64,000 nucleotides of DNA from Verrucomicrobiota bacterium. GTDB taxonomy: Bacteria > Verrucomicrobiota > Verrucomicrobiia > Limisphaerales > JAKPVM01. Below the pieces are notes generated by a model. The model searched no databases, was not told where the DNA came from, and saw only the letters and a list, made by a program, of their open reading frames with translations. Position 1 is the stretch's first letter. Each line of letters opens with the position of its first letter. Below, in pieces: positions 17,126-26,266 of this stretch. A program made the position numbers and the translations under genes. The stretch is taken from the NCBI GenBank assembly GCA_029572555.1, contig JAKPVM010000076.1, positions 2,467 to 66,466 on the forward strand. Reading direction: 5' to 3'.

Positions 17126-20100
17126 ATGATAATAAATCATAAAAATAAGCATTTTGCTTGGCGCGGCGTTCATCTTTTTTTGATTGTTACAGTGTGCAAT
17201 TTAATGGGTTTAATGGGCGCAACTGTAAATGAAAATTCCCCGCAAGCCTTGCAAACAGCTATTAATGCCGGTGGAGAAATCAAATTTGGTTTTAGTGGCA
17301 CAATAAATCTGTCTTATCCGCTTATTGTGGCGAATGATGTAATCATTGATGGGGTGGGACAAACAATAACTTTAGATGGTGGTTATACAGAGACAACAAC
17401 AAACCAAACCGGTACGAGGCTTTTTATCATAAATACAGGGGCAACATTAACATTGAATAATTTAACTTTAACAAAAGGTGTAAGCACGAATGGAGGAGCA
17501 ATTTATGTAAAGAACGGCGCTACACTCGTAGTGAGTAATTGTTTATTTAGCGATAATAATGTGATTGGGGCAAATGGCGCAAATGGAGCGAACGGCAATA
17601 ATACCATTAGTGTTGGAGGTGGTGGCGGAAACGGGGTATCAGGTGGTAACGCATTGGGAGGCGCTATATACAACGAAGGCGATATAACTTTAATAACCTG
17701 TTTATTCAGCGATAATATTACTTCGGGGGGAAATGGTGGAAATGGAGGCAATGGCGGCGACGGAGATTTTACTGGTGGCAATGGTGGCAGCGGAGGTAAT
17801 GGCGGATTGGCAAGGGGCGGCGCTCTATTTAGTGTGAACAAGGCAGCGATTACAAATTGTACATTTTATAATAACCAGGCTACTGGTGGTTCGGGTGGTA
17901 ATGGAGGAACAAATGGTGTTGGCGGAGCTTCTAATGGAAGACCGGGACAGGGTGGTTACGGGGCGGAGGCAAGCGGCGCCGCAATTTACAACTCGGGTTA
18001 TTTGAGTATGTATGGCTGCACTATCTACAATAATTTCTGTCAGGGCGGAAACAGTATGCAGGCTGGGACAGGTGAATCAAGTAATGGAAATAATGGTTAT
18101 TCTGGTGGCAGTTCGCTTGGTGGCGGTATAGTAAATACAAGCACCAACGTTTTAATTAATTGCACTTTTTATGCCAATGAAACTTACGGTGGCAAAGGCG
18201 GTGATGGAGGAAATAGCGTTGATATGATTGCGGGAAATGGGGGTAATGGCGGAAATGCAATAGGAGGCAGTTATTTTAATACAGGTTATAGTTATATCAC
18301 GAATTGCACTTTTTCATCAGGCAATGTCGTTGGTGGAACAAATGGAGTAGCTGGACAGGGCAATTTTGCGGGTAGTCCCGGAAATATTGGATTGTCAGCA
18401 GGTGGCAACATAGCCAATCAAGGTTCTCTTATAATTCAAAACTCTATTATCACTGCGGCGATAGCCGGTGGAAATTTTTATGGCTCAATCACCGATGCGG
18501 GACATAACATATCATCAGATTCTACCGGGCTTTATCAATCTTCAAGTTTTAAAAAGACTAATCCACAAATCATCGACCTTGCCGATAATGGAGGTCTAAC
18601 TTATACGATGGCGTTGTTAGCAGATAGTCCAGCTATTGATAATGGATATACCATTTTATCATTAACAAATGACCAGTGCGGCACAGTTAGACCTTATGGC
18701 GACGCAGTTGATATCGGGGCTTATGAATATCCAGCTACGCGAATTAGAGGGAGAATAACTGACGGTTCAAATGGCATACCATCGATAAAAGTAGTAGCAG
18801 GGACAAGATATACTTTCACAGATACACTGGGGTATTATGTGATTTCAAATATGGCAACTGGAAGTTATGTTGTTGCACCGCAGGATGATAGATATTCTTT
18901 TTCGCCTTCTTCTCAAACGGTTAACGCACGTTATACCTCTGTTACAAATATAAATTATGTTGGAAGCAGATTGTATAAACTTGGAGGTAGAATTGTTGAA
19001 AACGGAGTTGGACTTCCAAATGTAGTTATAACTGCTAATAGTTTTTCAGCTAACACAGATATAAATGGCTATTATATTTTTACTAACCTGCCATCCGGGA
19101 ATTATACAGCGACTCCGGGTTTAAATGGTTATAAGTTCTACCCGCAATCGACTAATGTTATACTTCAGAGTGATATTACAAATGTGAACTTTTCAGCTGC
19201 TGCAACTATATTTACTATAACTGGAAAAATCATAGAAGGATCTAATGGAGTTTCTGGGGTAATGATAACAATGGGAAATCTGACAAACTACAGTGATAGT
19301 TCAGGGGTATTTTCTTTTACAAATCTGTCTTCTGGTAATTATCTTATAGTACCATCTAAATCAGGATATAACTTCAACCCGCCGGTTATATCCGTTTCAC
19401 TAAATTCGAACACTAACTTAACCTTTACCGCAAGCGGAATATATAATATTTCTGGAAAAATTACAAAAGGTGGCTTGCCAATACAGGGTATTAAAGTATA
19501 TGCTGGCATTTACTCTGCAACAACAGATAATAGTGGCGATTTTACTATCTTAAATGTTTCTCCTAAAACTTATAATGTTACACCGGTTTTAAGTGGATAT
19601 ACCTTTGACCCGCCTTATTATTCAATAGATGTCTCTCGTGACTATTATGGGCTTGAATATATAGTGTTAAATAGTTTTTCTGTTATTGGGAACGTTTATA
19701 ATATAAATCCGATTACACTGGCGACAAATGGTGTTGTCTCAAATTTAACTATCAACGCAACGAACTTTTATGTATCTATAACAGGACAAACTAATCAAAC
19801 TATAATTACTACAATAACTGATACGAATGGAACTTATATTCTTACTAATATTATTGAAGGCTCAATATTTATAAAACCAGAAACCAATAGGTATTTATTT
19901 TATCCACCAATTACCAATGTATTTTTAACATCAAATACAAACCAGATTAATTTTCTTGCGTCGGAATTATTTAAAGTTAGCGGCAGAATTAAATTTGAAG
20001 ACGGTGGCTTAAGCGGTGTAAAAGTTGCAGCTGGCGGTTTAACCACAACAACATTAAACGATGGATATTTCGAATTTACAAACCTTGAAGCAACTAACAT

Positions 20101-21586
20101 TGTAATTAAACCTGAACTTGACGGATACAGATTTGTTCCATCACAAATAGCGTTGACTCCGAACGACAGTAGCACCAATATCAATTTCACTGCCTATGGA
20201 AGCCTCTCTATAAGCGGTGTTGTTACAAAAGATGGGACCGGATTAAGTGGAGTTTATGTTGCAATTAACCAGTATCTTGTTCAGACACTTAACGATGGCT
20301 CTTATCTCCTTGATGGATTAGTACCGGGAAATTACCAGATTAATCCATACCTCTCTGATTATATCTTTAATCCTCAGTCTATTTCTTTAACACTGTTAAA
20401 TACAAATGCAATAGTCAACTTTACTGCGATACCTATTTATAATGTTAGTGGAAGGGTTACCGATGGCATTAAAGGAATATTAGGGGCAACTGTATCTTCT
20501 GGAACTACTTCGACTCTAACAGATGTTAATGGATATTTTACTTTGATTGGTATACCAAAAGGAACAAATAAAATAACGGTTGCTTTGACGGGGTACCTCT
20601 TTTCTCCCCTTGATGTATATGTTGATTCAGATATGTATGGTATTAATATCGTTGCAACAAGACTACATAATATTAGCGGTAGAATACTTGAAGGAGCCCG
20701 TGGAGTATCTGGTGTACTTGTTTTGGCTGGTGGAGTTTCGACTTTCTCAACTAGTGCTGGATATTATACTTTAACAAATGTTCCAGAAGGAAATGTAATT
20801 ATTATTCCTGAGAGGACAGGTTATAGATTTGTGCCATCGAATATTGTTCTTAATTTGACGGCAGATGCTACAAATATGAACTTTCTTGCTTATGGGATAC
20901 TTTCAATTTCTGGGCATATCACTGATGGAACAAATGGGATAAATGGAATAAGGATAAATGCTTATGGGATTGAAACTGTTACTGATGCAACTGGCTATTA
21001 TATAGTAAGCAATTTACCACCTCGTTCAATTACTGTTATGCCGATTGATGATGGCTATTTGTTTATTCCGGGAAGCACAAATATTACTCTTACAGGCGAA
21101 AATGCGGTCAATGTAAATTTTCTGGCTTTAAAGTTCTCCACAATTTCGGGGCAGGTGCTTAAGTCGGGTAATCCTGAACCAGATGTAAAGATACAATCGT
21201 CTGATGGGCAGGAGGTTTTGACCGACACAAACGGGCAGTTTGTTATTACCGGAATATTGCCCGGCTCTTATATTATAACAGCGTCAAAGATTGGGCATCA
21301 ATTCAAACCGCAAGGTTATATAGTTTCGTTGCCGTCGGACATTACAAACTTAAACTTCACTGCTTATCCGTTATTAATGTCTGCAATGATAACAAATAAT
21401 ATTTTGGTTATTTCTGTTAATGCAAAGCCATCTTGCGATTATATGATAGAAGCGACAGATTCTCTTACAACGGCTATATGGAATGACATAGCGCCTTTTC
21501 AAACAGATACGAATGGCACAATTCAGTTAATTATTCCGACGATTGACAAAACAAAACCGCGGTTTTATAGGTTTAGGAGTCTTTAA
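17126..21586 (+). CDS. 1486-aa secreted repeat protein: Pmp-like right-handed beta-helix, a choice-of-anchor-Q-like segment, ~11 CarboxypepD_reg-like domains, and a C-terminal beta-sandwich ending RFYRFRSL
   Basis: Signal peptide. Repeated GGAIY/GGAL plus C(T/L)F(S/Y)xN motifs (chlamydial Pmp-type GGA(I/L/V)/FxxN repeats). Gly/Asn tract GGNGGNGGNGGDGDFTGGNGGSGGNGG. DAGHNISSD...DNGGLTYTMALLADSPAIDNG...DQCGTVRP...DIGAYEY (nt 18494-18730). Tandem ~78-aa units of the form SGRI.DG..G..GV.V.....T.TD..GYY...NL..G.Y.V.P...GY.F.P. Confidence 0.8.
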   Translation: MIINHKNKHFAWRGVHLFLIVTVCNLMGLMGATVNENSPQALQTAINAGGEIKFGFSGTINLSYPLIVANDVIIDGVGQTITLDGGYTETTTNQTGTRLFIINTGATLTLNNLTLTKGVSTNGGAIYVKNGATLVVSNCLFSDNNVIGANGANGANGNNTISVGGGGGNGVSGGNALGGAIYNEGDITLITCLFSDNITSGGNGGNGGNGGDGDFTGGNGGSGGNGGLARGGALFSVNKAAITNCTFYNNQATGGSGGNGGTNGVGGASNGRPGQGGYGAEASGAAIYNSGYLSMYGCTIYNNFCQGGNSMQAGTGESSNGNNGYSGGSSLGGGIVNTSTNVLINCTFYANETYGGKGGDGGNSVDMIAGNGGNGGNAIGGSYFNTGYSYITNCTFSSGNVVGGTNGVAGQGNFAGSPGNIGLSAGGNIANQGSLIIQNSIITAAIAGGNFYGSITDAGHNISSDSTGLYQSSSFKKTNPQIIDLADNGGLTYTMALLADSPAIDNGYTILSLTNDQCGTVRPYGDAVDIGAYEYPATRIRGRITDGSNGIPSIKVVAGTRYTFTDTLGYYVISNMATGSYVVAPQDDRYSFSPSSQTVNARYTSVTNINYVGSRLYKLGGRIVENGVGLPNVVITANSFSANTDINGYYIFTNLPSGNYTATPGLNGYKFYPQSTNVILQSDITNVNFSAAATIFTITGKIIEGSNGVSGVMITMGNLTNYSDSSGVFSFTNLSSGNYLIVPSKSGYNFNPPVISVSLNSNTNLTFTASGIYNISGKITKGGLPIQGIKVYAGIYSATTDNSGDFTILNVSPKTYNVTPVLSGYTFDPPYYSIDVSRDYYGLEYIVLNSFSVIGNVYNINPITLATNGVVSNLTINATNFYVSITGQTNQTIITTITDTNGTYILTNIIEGSIFIKPETNRYLFYPPITNVFLTSNTNQINFLASELFKVSGRIKFEDGGLSGVKVAAGGLTTTTLNDGYFEFTNLEATNIVIKPELDGYRFVPSQIALTPNDSSTNINFTAYGSLSISGVVTKDGTGLSGVYVAINQYLVQTLNDGSYLLDGLVPGNYQINPYLSDYIFNPQSISLTLLNTNAIVNFTAIPIYNVSGRVTDGIKGILGATVSSGTTSTLTDVNGYFTLIGIPKGTNKITVALTGYLFSPLDVYVDSDMYGINIVATRLHNISGRILEGARGVSGVLVLAGGVSTFSTSAGYYTLTNVPEGNVIIIPERTGYRFVPSNIVLNLTADATNMNFLAYGILSISGHITDGTNGINGIRINAYGIETVTDATGYYIVSNLPPRSITVMPIDDGYLFIPGSTNITLTGENAVNVNFLALKFSTISGQVLKSGNPEPDVKIQSSDGQEVLTDTNGQFVITGILPGSYIITASKIGHQFKPQGYIVSLPSDITNLNFTAYPLLMSAMITNNILVISVNAKPSCDYMIEATDSLTTAIWNDIAPFQTDTNGTIQLIIPTIDKTKPRFYRFRSL
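18734..21366 (+). repeat. About 11 tandem ~78-aa (~235-nt) CarboxypepD_reg-like domain repeats inside the 1486-aa gene
   Basis: Units counted by eye, from ATRIRGRITDGSNG... to ...SDITNLNFTAY. They are divergent at the nucleotide level and conserved as a protein pattern. Confidence 0.7.
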
Positions 21587-21606
21587 CTTATCGTTGAATC
21601 TATACA

Positions 21607-22998
21607 ATGAATGGCTTACGCGATTTTTATAATAAACGGGCAGAACATCGTCCGAGAGAAATCAAAAGACATTATCATAATTTAATTCATAAATATTATC
21701 TTTTTTTCATACCAGGACAATCAACAGTTCTGGAATTAGGTTGCGGTATTGGAGACCTTTTAGCGTCCGTCAATCCTTCACAAGGCGTTGGTGTTGATGT
21801 TAGCAATGCGATGGTTGAAATCGCAAAACGACGCCACCCCGAATTAAAATTCATCGAATCTGACGCCATTGACTTTTGTTGCAATGAAAAGTTTGACTAT
21901 ATTATAGCCTCAGACCTACTCAATGAACTATGGGATGTTCAGTCATTTTTTGATAGTCTGCATAAGTTTTCAACACCAAAAACGAGATTAGTCTTAAACT
22001 TTTATAATTATTTGTGGAGACCTGTTCTGTCTATTGCGGAAAAACTTGGATTTAAATCACCTTCGTATCTTCAAAATTGGTTGTCGGTTAAAGATGTGGA
22101 AAATTTGTTATATCTTTCTAACTGGGAAGTTATACACACAGAGACAAAGATATTGTGTCCCGTCAAAATTCCCGTTATAAGCAACTTTTTAAATCGCTGG
22201 ATTGCTCCGCTATTTAAAAACTTTTGTCTCTCAATATTTATAGTAGCAAGACCGAAGCCCGAACCGAAAAGAGACGAAGAATTTAGCTGTAGCATCGTTG
22301 TCCCTTGCAGAAATGAAGTAGGAAATATTGAAAATGTTTTAAAGGAAACGCCAGAAATTGGGAAATGGACTGAAATAATTTTTGTCGAAGGACATTCTCA
22401 AGACAATACATGGGATGAAATTCAGAGGGTTAAAGCAAAATATCCGGACAAACGGATAACGGCAATCCAACAGACCGGAATAGGCAAGGCAAATGCAGTC
22501 CACGAAGGATTTGAAATTGCATCAGGCGATTTCCTTATGATACTTGATGCCGACTTGACAGTTCGTCCTGAAGATTTGAAGAAATTTTATCAGGCGGCAA
22601 AATCTGGTAGCGGTGAGTTTATAAATGGTGTTCGACTTGTTTATCCGATTGAAAAAGAGGCGATGCGTTTCCTTAATTTGTTAGCCAATAAACTTTTTAG
22701 CATTGCTTTCACCTGGCTTATGGGACAAGCAATCAAAGATACCCTCTGCGGAACTAAGGCATTGTTTAAGTCAGATTATAGTAGAATTTCAAAGAACAGG
22801 CATTACTTTGGTGAATTTGACCCATTTGGCGATTTTGATTTATTATTTGGTGCAAAAAAGTTGAATTTAAAAATTGTGGATATCCCGATTCGCTATCGTC
22901 CAAGAAGTTATGGAACGACAAATATACATAGGTGGCGACACGGATGGCTTTTAATGAAGATGGTTCTATTTGCAGCAAGGAGACTAAAATTTATATGA
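21607..22998 (+). CDS. Fusion protein: N-terminal class I SAM-dependent methyltransferase plus C-terminal family 2 glycosyltransferase
   Basis: MT motif I VLELGCGIGDL with post-I D and ASDLLNE. GT2 part: CSIVVPCRNEVGNIE...IIFVEGHSQDNT...GKANAVHEGF...LMILDADL. Confidence 0.8.
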   Translation: MNGLRDFYNKRAEHRPREIKRHYHNLIHKYYLFFIPGQSTVLELGCGIGDLLASVNPSQGVGVDVSNAMVEIAKRRHPELKFIESDAIDFCCNEKFDYIIASDLLNELWDVQSFFDSLHKFSTPKTRLVLNFYNYLWRPVLSIAEKLGFKSPSYLQNWLSVKDVENLLYLSNWEVIHTETKILCPVKIPVISNFLNRWIAPLFKNFCLSIFIVARPKPEPKRDEEFSCSIVVPCRNEVGNIENVLKETPEIGKWTEIIFVEGHSQDNTWDEIQRVKAKYPDKRITAIQQTGIGKANAVHEGFEIASGDFLMILDADLTVRPEDLKKFYQAAKSGSGEFINGVRLVYPIEKEAMRFLNLLANKLFSIAFTWLMGQAIKDTLCGTKALFKSDYSRISKNRHYFGEFDPFGDFDLLFGAKKLNLKIVDIPIRYRPRSYGTTNIHRWRHGWLLMKMVLFAARRLKFI

Positions 22999-23020
22999 GA
23001 ATTTATCGTCGTGAATTCAA

Positions 23021-23776
23021 ATGAACCAATCTCACAAAAATAAACCGTTAAATAGACATCAAGAAGAGATTTTAAATAACCTGACTTGCTGGAACAAAAA
23101 GGCTTTGCTGCAAAACATTTACGCCGATTATTACAATTTAATTAATGGATATATTAATCGTGAAATTCCCGGACATATCATTGAAATTGGTTCAGGTATC
23201 GGGATTTCAAAGAAGTTCATAAACGGAATAATTACCACCGACTTATTCCCTAATTCCTGGATTGATATTGTTTGTAGCGCTTATAATATTCCATTTAAAA
23301 GCCAGAGTGTTTCTCACATTATTGCATTTGATGTATTCCACCACATCCAATATCCTATCGCTTTTCTAAAAGAAGCTTACAAAGTGCTTATACCAGAAGG
23401 TAGACTTATTATCTTTGAACCTTATATAAGTTTAACAGGATTGCTGGCTTATGGTTTATTTCATCCCGAGCCGATTGGTTGGAAAGCTAAAATTGATTTT
23501 TCAGGTAATCCCGTAGACCCATCGAATTATTATGCGGCTCAAGGAAACGCCACACGGATTTTTTTAAAAAATGAGGCATCTGAATTATTGAATAACTGGA
23601 AAACAATAGCATTGTTGCGATTTGCCGGTTTCAGTTATTTATTATCGGGTGGATATAGCAAACCATCTTTTTATCCAATTTTTCTTTATCCGTTATTAAA
23701 GTATTGCGATGTCTTTTTGTCTAAATTTCCGAATATCTTTGCGGTTCGTTGTCTGGTTGTGTTAGAGAAGGTCTAA
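23021..23776 (+). CDS. Class I SAM-dependent methyltransferase
   Basis: IIEIGSGIGIS (motif I), AFDVFHHI, LIPEGRLIIFEP (Methyltransf_11-like). Confidence 0.7.
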   Translation: MNQSHKNKPLNRHQEEILNNLTCWNKKALLQNIYADYYNLINGYINREIPGHIIEIGSGIGISKKFINGIITTDLFPNSWIDIVCSAYNIPFKSQSVSHIIAFDVFHHIQYPIAFLKEAYKVLIPEGRLIIFEPYISLTGLLAYGLFHPEPIGWKAKIDFSGNPVDPSNYYAAQGNATRIFLKNEASELLNNWKTIALLRFAGFSYLLSGGYSKPSFYPIFLYPLLKYCDVFLSKFPNIFAVRCLVVLEKV

Positions 23777-23804
23777 ATTCTGGAATAATAACAAAATTGT
23801 ATGT

Positions 23805-24374
23805 TTGAATATATATGATATACTAATGATTATGATTAGAATTATTTCTGGAACAAACCGGGACCAGAGCAACACACGTAAAATTTCTAATGAAATTCAA
23901 AATATCTATTTGCAATTAAATACTCCTTGCGAGATAGTAGACTTAAAGGAACTTCCGGGTGAAATATTTACTCCATTGGCATATTCAGAAAAACCAAAGT
24001 CATTTGAAAAATTTTCAACAGCAATAAAAACCGCAGATGGTCTTGTGATTGTGATTCCTGAATATAACGGGAGTTTTCCCGGTGTATTTAAATATTTTAT
24101 TGATATGCTTGATTTTCCGGAGAGTTTGCAAGAGAGACCGTGCTGTTTTGTTGGTGTTGCTGCTGGTATGTGGGGCGCGTTGAGGTCTATTGAACAATTA
24201 ATGGATATCTTTGTATATCGGAATGCTTTCATATTTTCAAAGTCGGTGTTTATAAATAATGTAAATTCTGTTTTGGATTCAAGCGGGCACATTATAAACA
24301 ATGAGGTATTAGAAAGATTGAAAAATCAGGCTACTGATTTTATTGACTTTGTGAACCGTTTTAGGAAAAAATAA
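23805..24374 (+). CDS. NAD(P)H-dependent FMN reductase family protein
   Basis: IISGTNRDQSNTRKIS...ADGLVIVIPEYNGSFPGVFKYFIDML. The likely true start is Met8/Met10 (23826/23832). Confidence 0.75.
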   Translation: MNIYDILMIMIRIISGTNRDQSNTRKISNEIQNIYLQLNTPCEIVDLKELPGEIFTPLAYSEKPKSFEKFSTAIKTADGLVIVIPEYNGSFPGVFKYFIDMLDFPESLQERPCCFVGVAAGMWGALRSIEQLMDIFVYRNAFIFSKSVFINNVNSVLDSSGHIINNEVLERLKNQATDFIDFVNRFRKK

Positions 24375-24390
24375 GCCTGTATCAAGGCTT

Positions 24391-25224
24391 ATGAATATTC
24401 TGAAACAAATCGGAGTTTGCAGCTGGTCATTGCAACCAGAAAATCCGCGGGTTTTGGTTGACTGTCTTAATGGACTTGGAATTAAAAAATTGCAATGCGC
24501 ACTTGACCCGTTAAGAGAACATCCCGATATCTGGTCTGATTTACCCACGCTTTGTAAAGAAAATGGGATTGAAATCGTTTCGGGAATGTTCACCTGTGTT
24601 GGCGAAGATTATTCTACATTGGAAAGAATAAAGAAGACAGGTGGAATTGTGCCAGACGAAACATGGGAGCAAAACAAAAATAACATCAAAAAATCCATTG
24701 AAATTGCATCAAAATTAAATCTAAAACTCGTGACTTTTCACGCAGGCTTTATACCGCATAATAAAAACGATGCATCGTTTAAGAAACTGCTCAATAGGTT
24801 AAGAGAAGTTGCTAACTTATTTGCAGAAGCGGGTATTGAACTTGGGCTTGAGACAGGACAGGAAACCGCTCAAACTTTGAAAGAATTGTTGCAAACATTG
24901 GATTGCAAAAATGTGGTAGTGAATTTTGATCCTGCAAATATGATTCTTTATGACAAGGGAGACCCGGTTGAAGCCCTGCAAGTACTTTACCCATATATTC
25001 GCCAATGTCATTTAAAAGATGCAAAGAGGACAAAAACGGCTGGCGAGTGGGGCGAAGAAGTGCCATTAGGGACTGGCGAGGTAGATTGGGAAAAGTTTTT
25101 AAAGTTTTTAAAGAAGAAAGGTTTTTCAGGCAATTTATGCATTGAAAGGGAAGCCGGTAATCAAAGGCTAAAAGATATAAAAATAGCATATAATTATATA
25201 ATTAATCTGATGAAGGGAGTGTAA
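24391..25224 (+). CDS. Sugar phosphate isomerase/epimerase (xylose isomerase-like TIM barrel)
   Basis: VTFHAGFIP...LGLETGQETAQ...VNFDPANMILY...CHLKD pattern. Confidence 0.75.
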   Translation: MNILKQIGVCSWSLQPENPRVLVDCLNGLGIKKLQCALDPLREHPDIWSDLPTLCKENGIEIVSGMFTCVGEDYSTLERIKKTGGIVPDETWEQNKNNIKKSIEIASKLNLKLVTFHAGFIPHNKNDASFKKLLNRLREVANLFAEAGIELGLETGQETAQTLKELLQTLDCKNVVVNFDPANMILYDKGDPVEALQVLYPYIRQCHLKDAKRTKTAGEWGEEVPLGTGEVDWEKFLKFLKKKGFSGNLCIEREAGNQRLKDIKIAYNYIINLMKGV

Positions 25225-25225
25225 A

Positions 25226-26266
25226 ATGAAAGAAAAACGTACGAAGAAAGTCGGTGTTGGTGTTGTGGGATTGGGTTTTATGGGGGTAACCCATATAAAT
25301 GCTTATCAAAAAATTCAGGGTGCAGAAATTGTGGCAGTGTGCGACGCTATCAGGATACCTGAAAATGGGAATCTAAAAATTGACGGAAACATTGGCACGG
25401 GCACAACGTTAAAACTGGATTTTACAAAGATTAAAGCATATCGCGATTATTCAGAGATGTTGAAAAATCCTGATGTGGAACTTGTTGATATATGCGTACC
25501 GACTGCCGCGCACCCGGAAATTGCAATTGCTGCGATGGAATCTGGCAAAGACGTGGTTTGTGAGAAGCCGATGGCTCGGACATCAGAATTAGCACAAAAA
25601 ATGGTAGAGGTTTCTAAAAGGACAGACAAAATTTTAATGCCGGCTATGTGTATAAGGTTTTGGCCAGAATGGTCGTTTTTAAAAAATGCTGATTCGAAAG
25701 CCGATTTTGGGAAATTGCTCGCTTTGAGGATACAAAGAGTATCGCAACCGCCGGGTTGGAGCAAAGGGACTTATTCTGATGGTGGCAAATCTGGCGGCGC
25801 TTTGCTTGATCTCCATATCCACGATACAGACTTTGTTCAATTCATATTTGGAAAACCAAAGGCTGTTTATTCAACTGGATTTCCATTTTTCAGCGGAGCT
25901 ATCGACCACATCGTAACCCAATATGATTATGGCAACAATTTAGTCGTATGGGCAGAAGGAAGCTGGGCAATGATGGAAGGGTTTGGATTTAATATGTCTT
26001 ATACTGCGATTTTTGAAAATGCAACAGTGGACTATGATTCTTCCCGTGGAAAAGATGCGCTCAAATTATATGAGCGTGGAAAACAACCGCAGACGATTAC
26101 TACCAGTGATGAAGACGGTTATGTTGAAGAATTGAAATATATAGTAAATTGCATCCTCAATGGCGGGAAACCCTCGATTGTTACCGCAGAAGACGGCGCT
26201 ATGGCGATAAAAATTTGCGAAGCAGAAGAGAGGTCTGTATATTCAAAAGAAAAGATTATGTTATGA
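25226..26266 (+). CDS. Gfo/Idh/MocA-family NAD(P)-dependent oxidoreductase
   Basis: Rossmann N-terminus KVGVGVVGLGFMG, DICVPTAAHPEIAIAAMESGKDVVCEKPMA. Confidence 0.85.
   Translation: MKEKRTKKVGVGVVGLGFMGVTHINAYQKIQGAEIVAVCDAIRIPENGNLKIDGNIGTGTTLKLDFTKIKAYRDYSEMLKNPDVELVDICVPTAAHPEIAIAAMESGKDVVCEKPMARTSELAQKMVEVSKRTDKILMPAMCIRFWPEWSFLKNADSKADFGKLLALRIQRVSQPPGWSKGTYSDGGKSGGALLDLHIHDTDFVQFIFGKPKAVYSTGFPFFSGAIDHIVTQYDYGNNLVVWAEGSWAMMEGFGFNMSYTAIFENATVDYDSSRGKDALKLYERGKQPQTITTSDEDGYVEELKYIVNCILNGGKPSIVTAEDGAMAIKICEAEERSVYSKEKIML

Noticed and set aside
17503-17841. 112-aa minus-strand ORF rich in PPLPPLPP repeats
   Set aside because: It is the antisense reading of the GGN/GNG-coding tract of the 1486-aa gene. 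It has no independent start context and lies entirely inside a well-supported CDS.
17126-21586. Autotransporter (type V) interpretation of the Pmp-like protein
   Set aside because: The C-terminal 75 aa are far too short for a 12-strand translocator barrel and lack its terminal aromatic motif. The repeats before it are Ig-like or CarboxypepD_reg-like domains, not barrel sequence.
26149-26262. N-terminal extension of the bcp ORF given in the track
   Set aside because: The extension overlaps the Gfo/Idh/MocA gene in another frame and encodes an Arg-rich non-homologous peptide. The ATG at 26263 gives a normal leader and a 4-nt coupling overlap.
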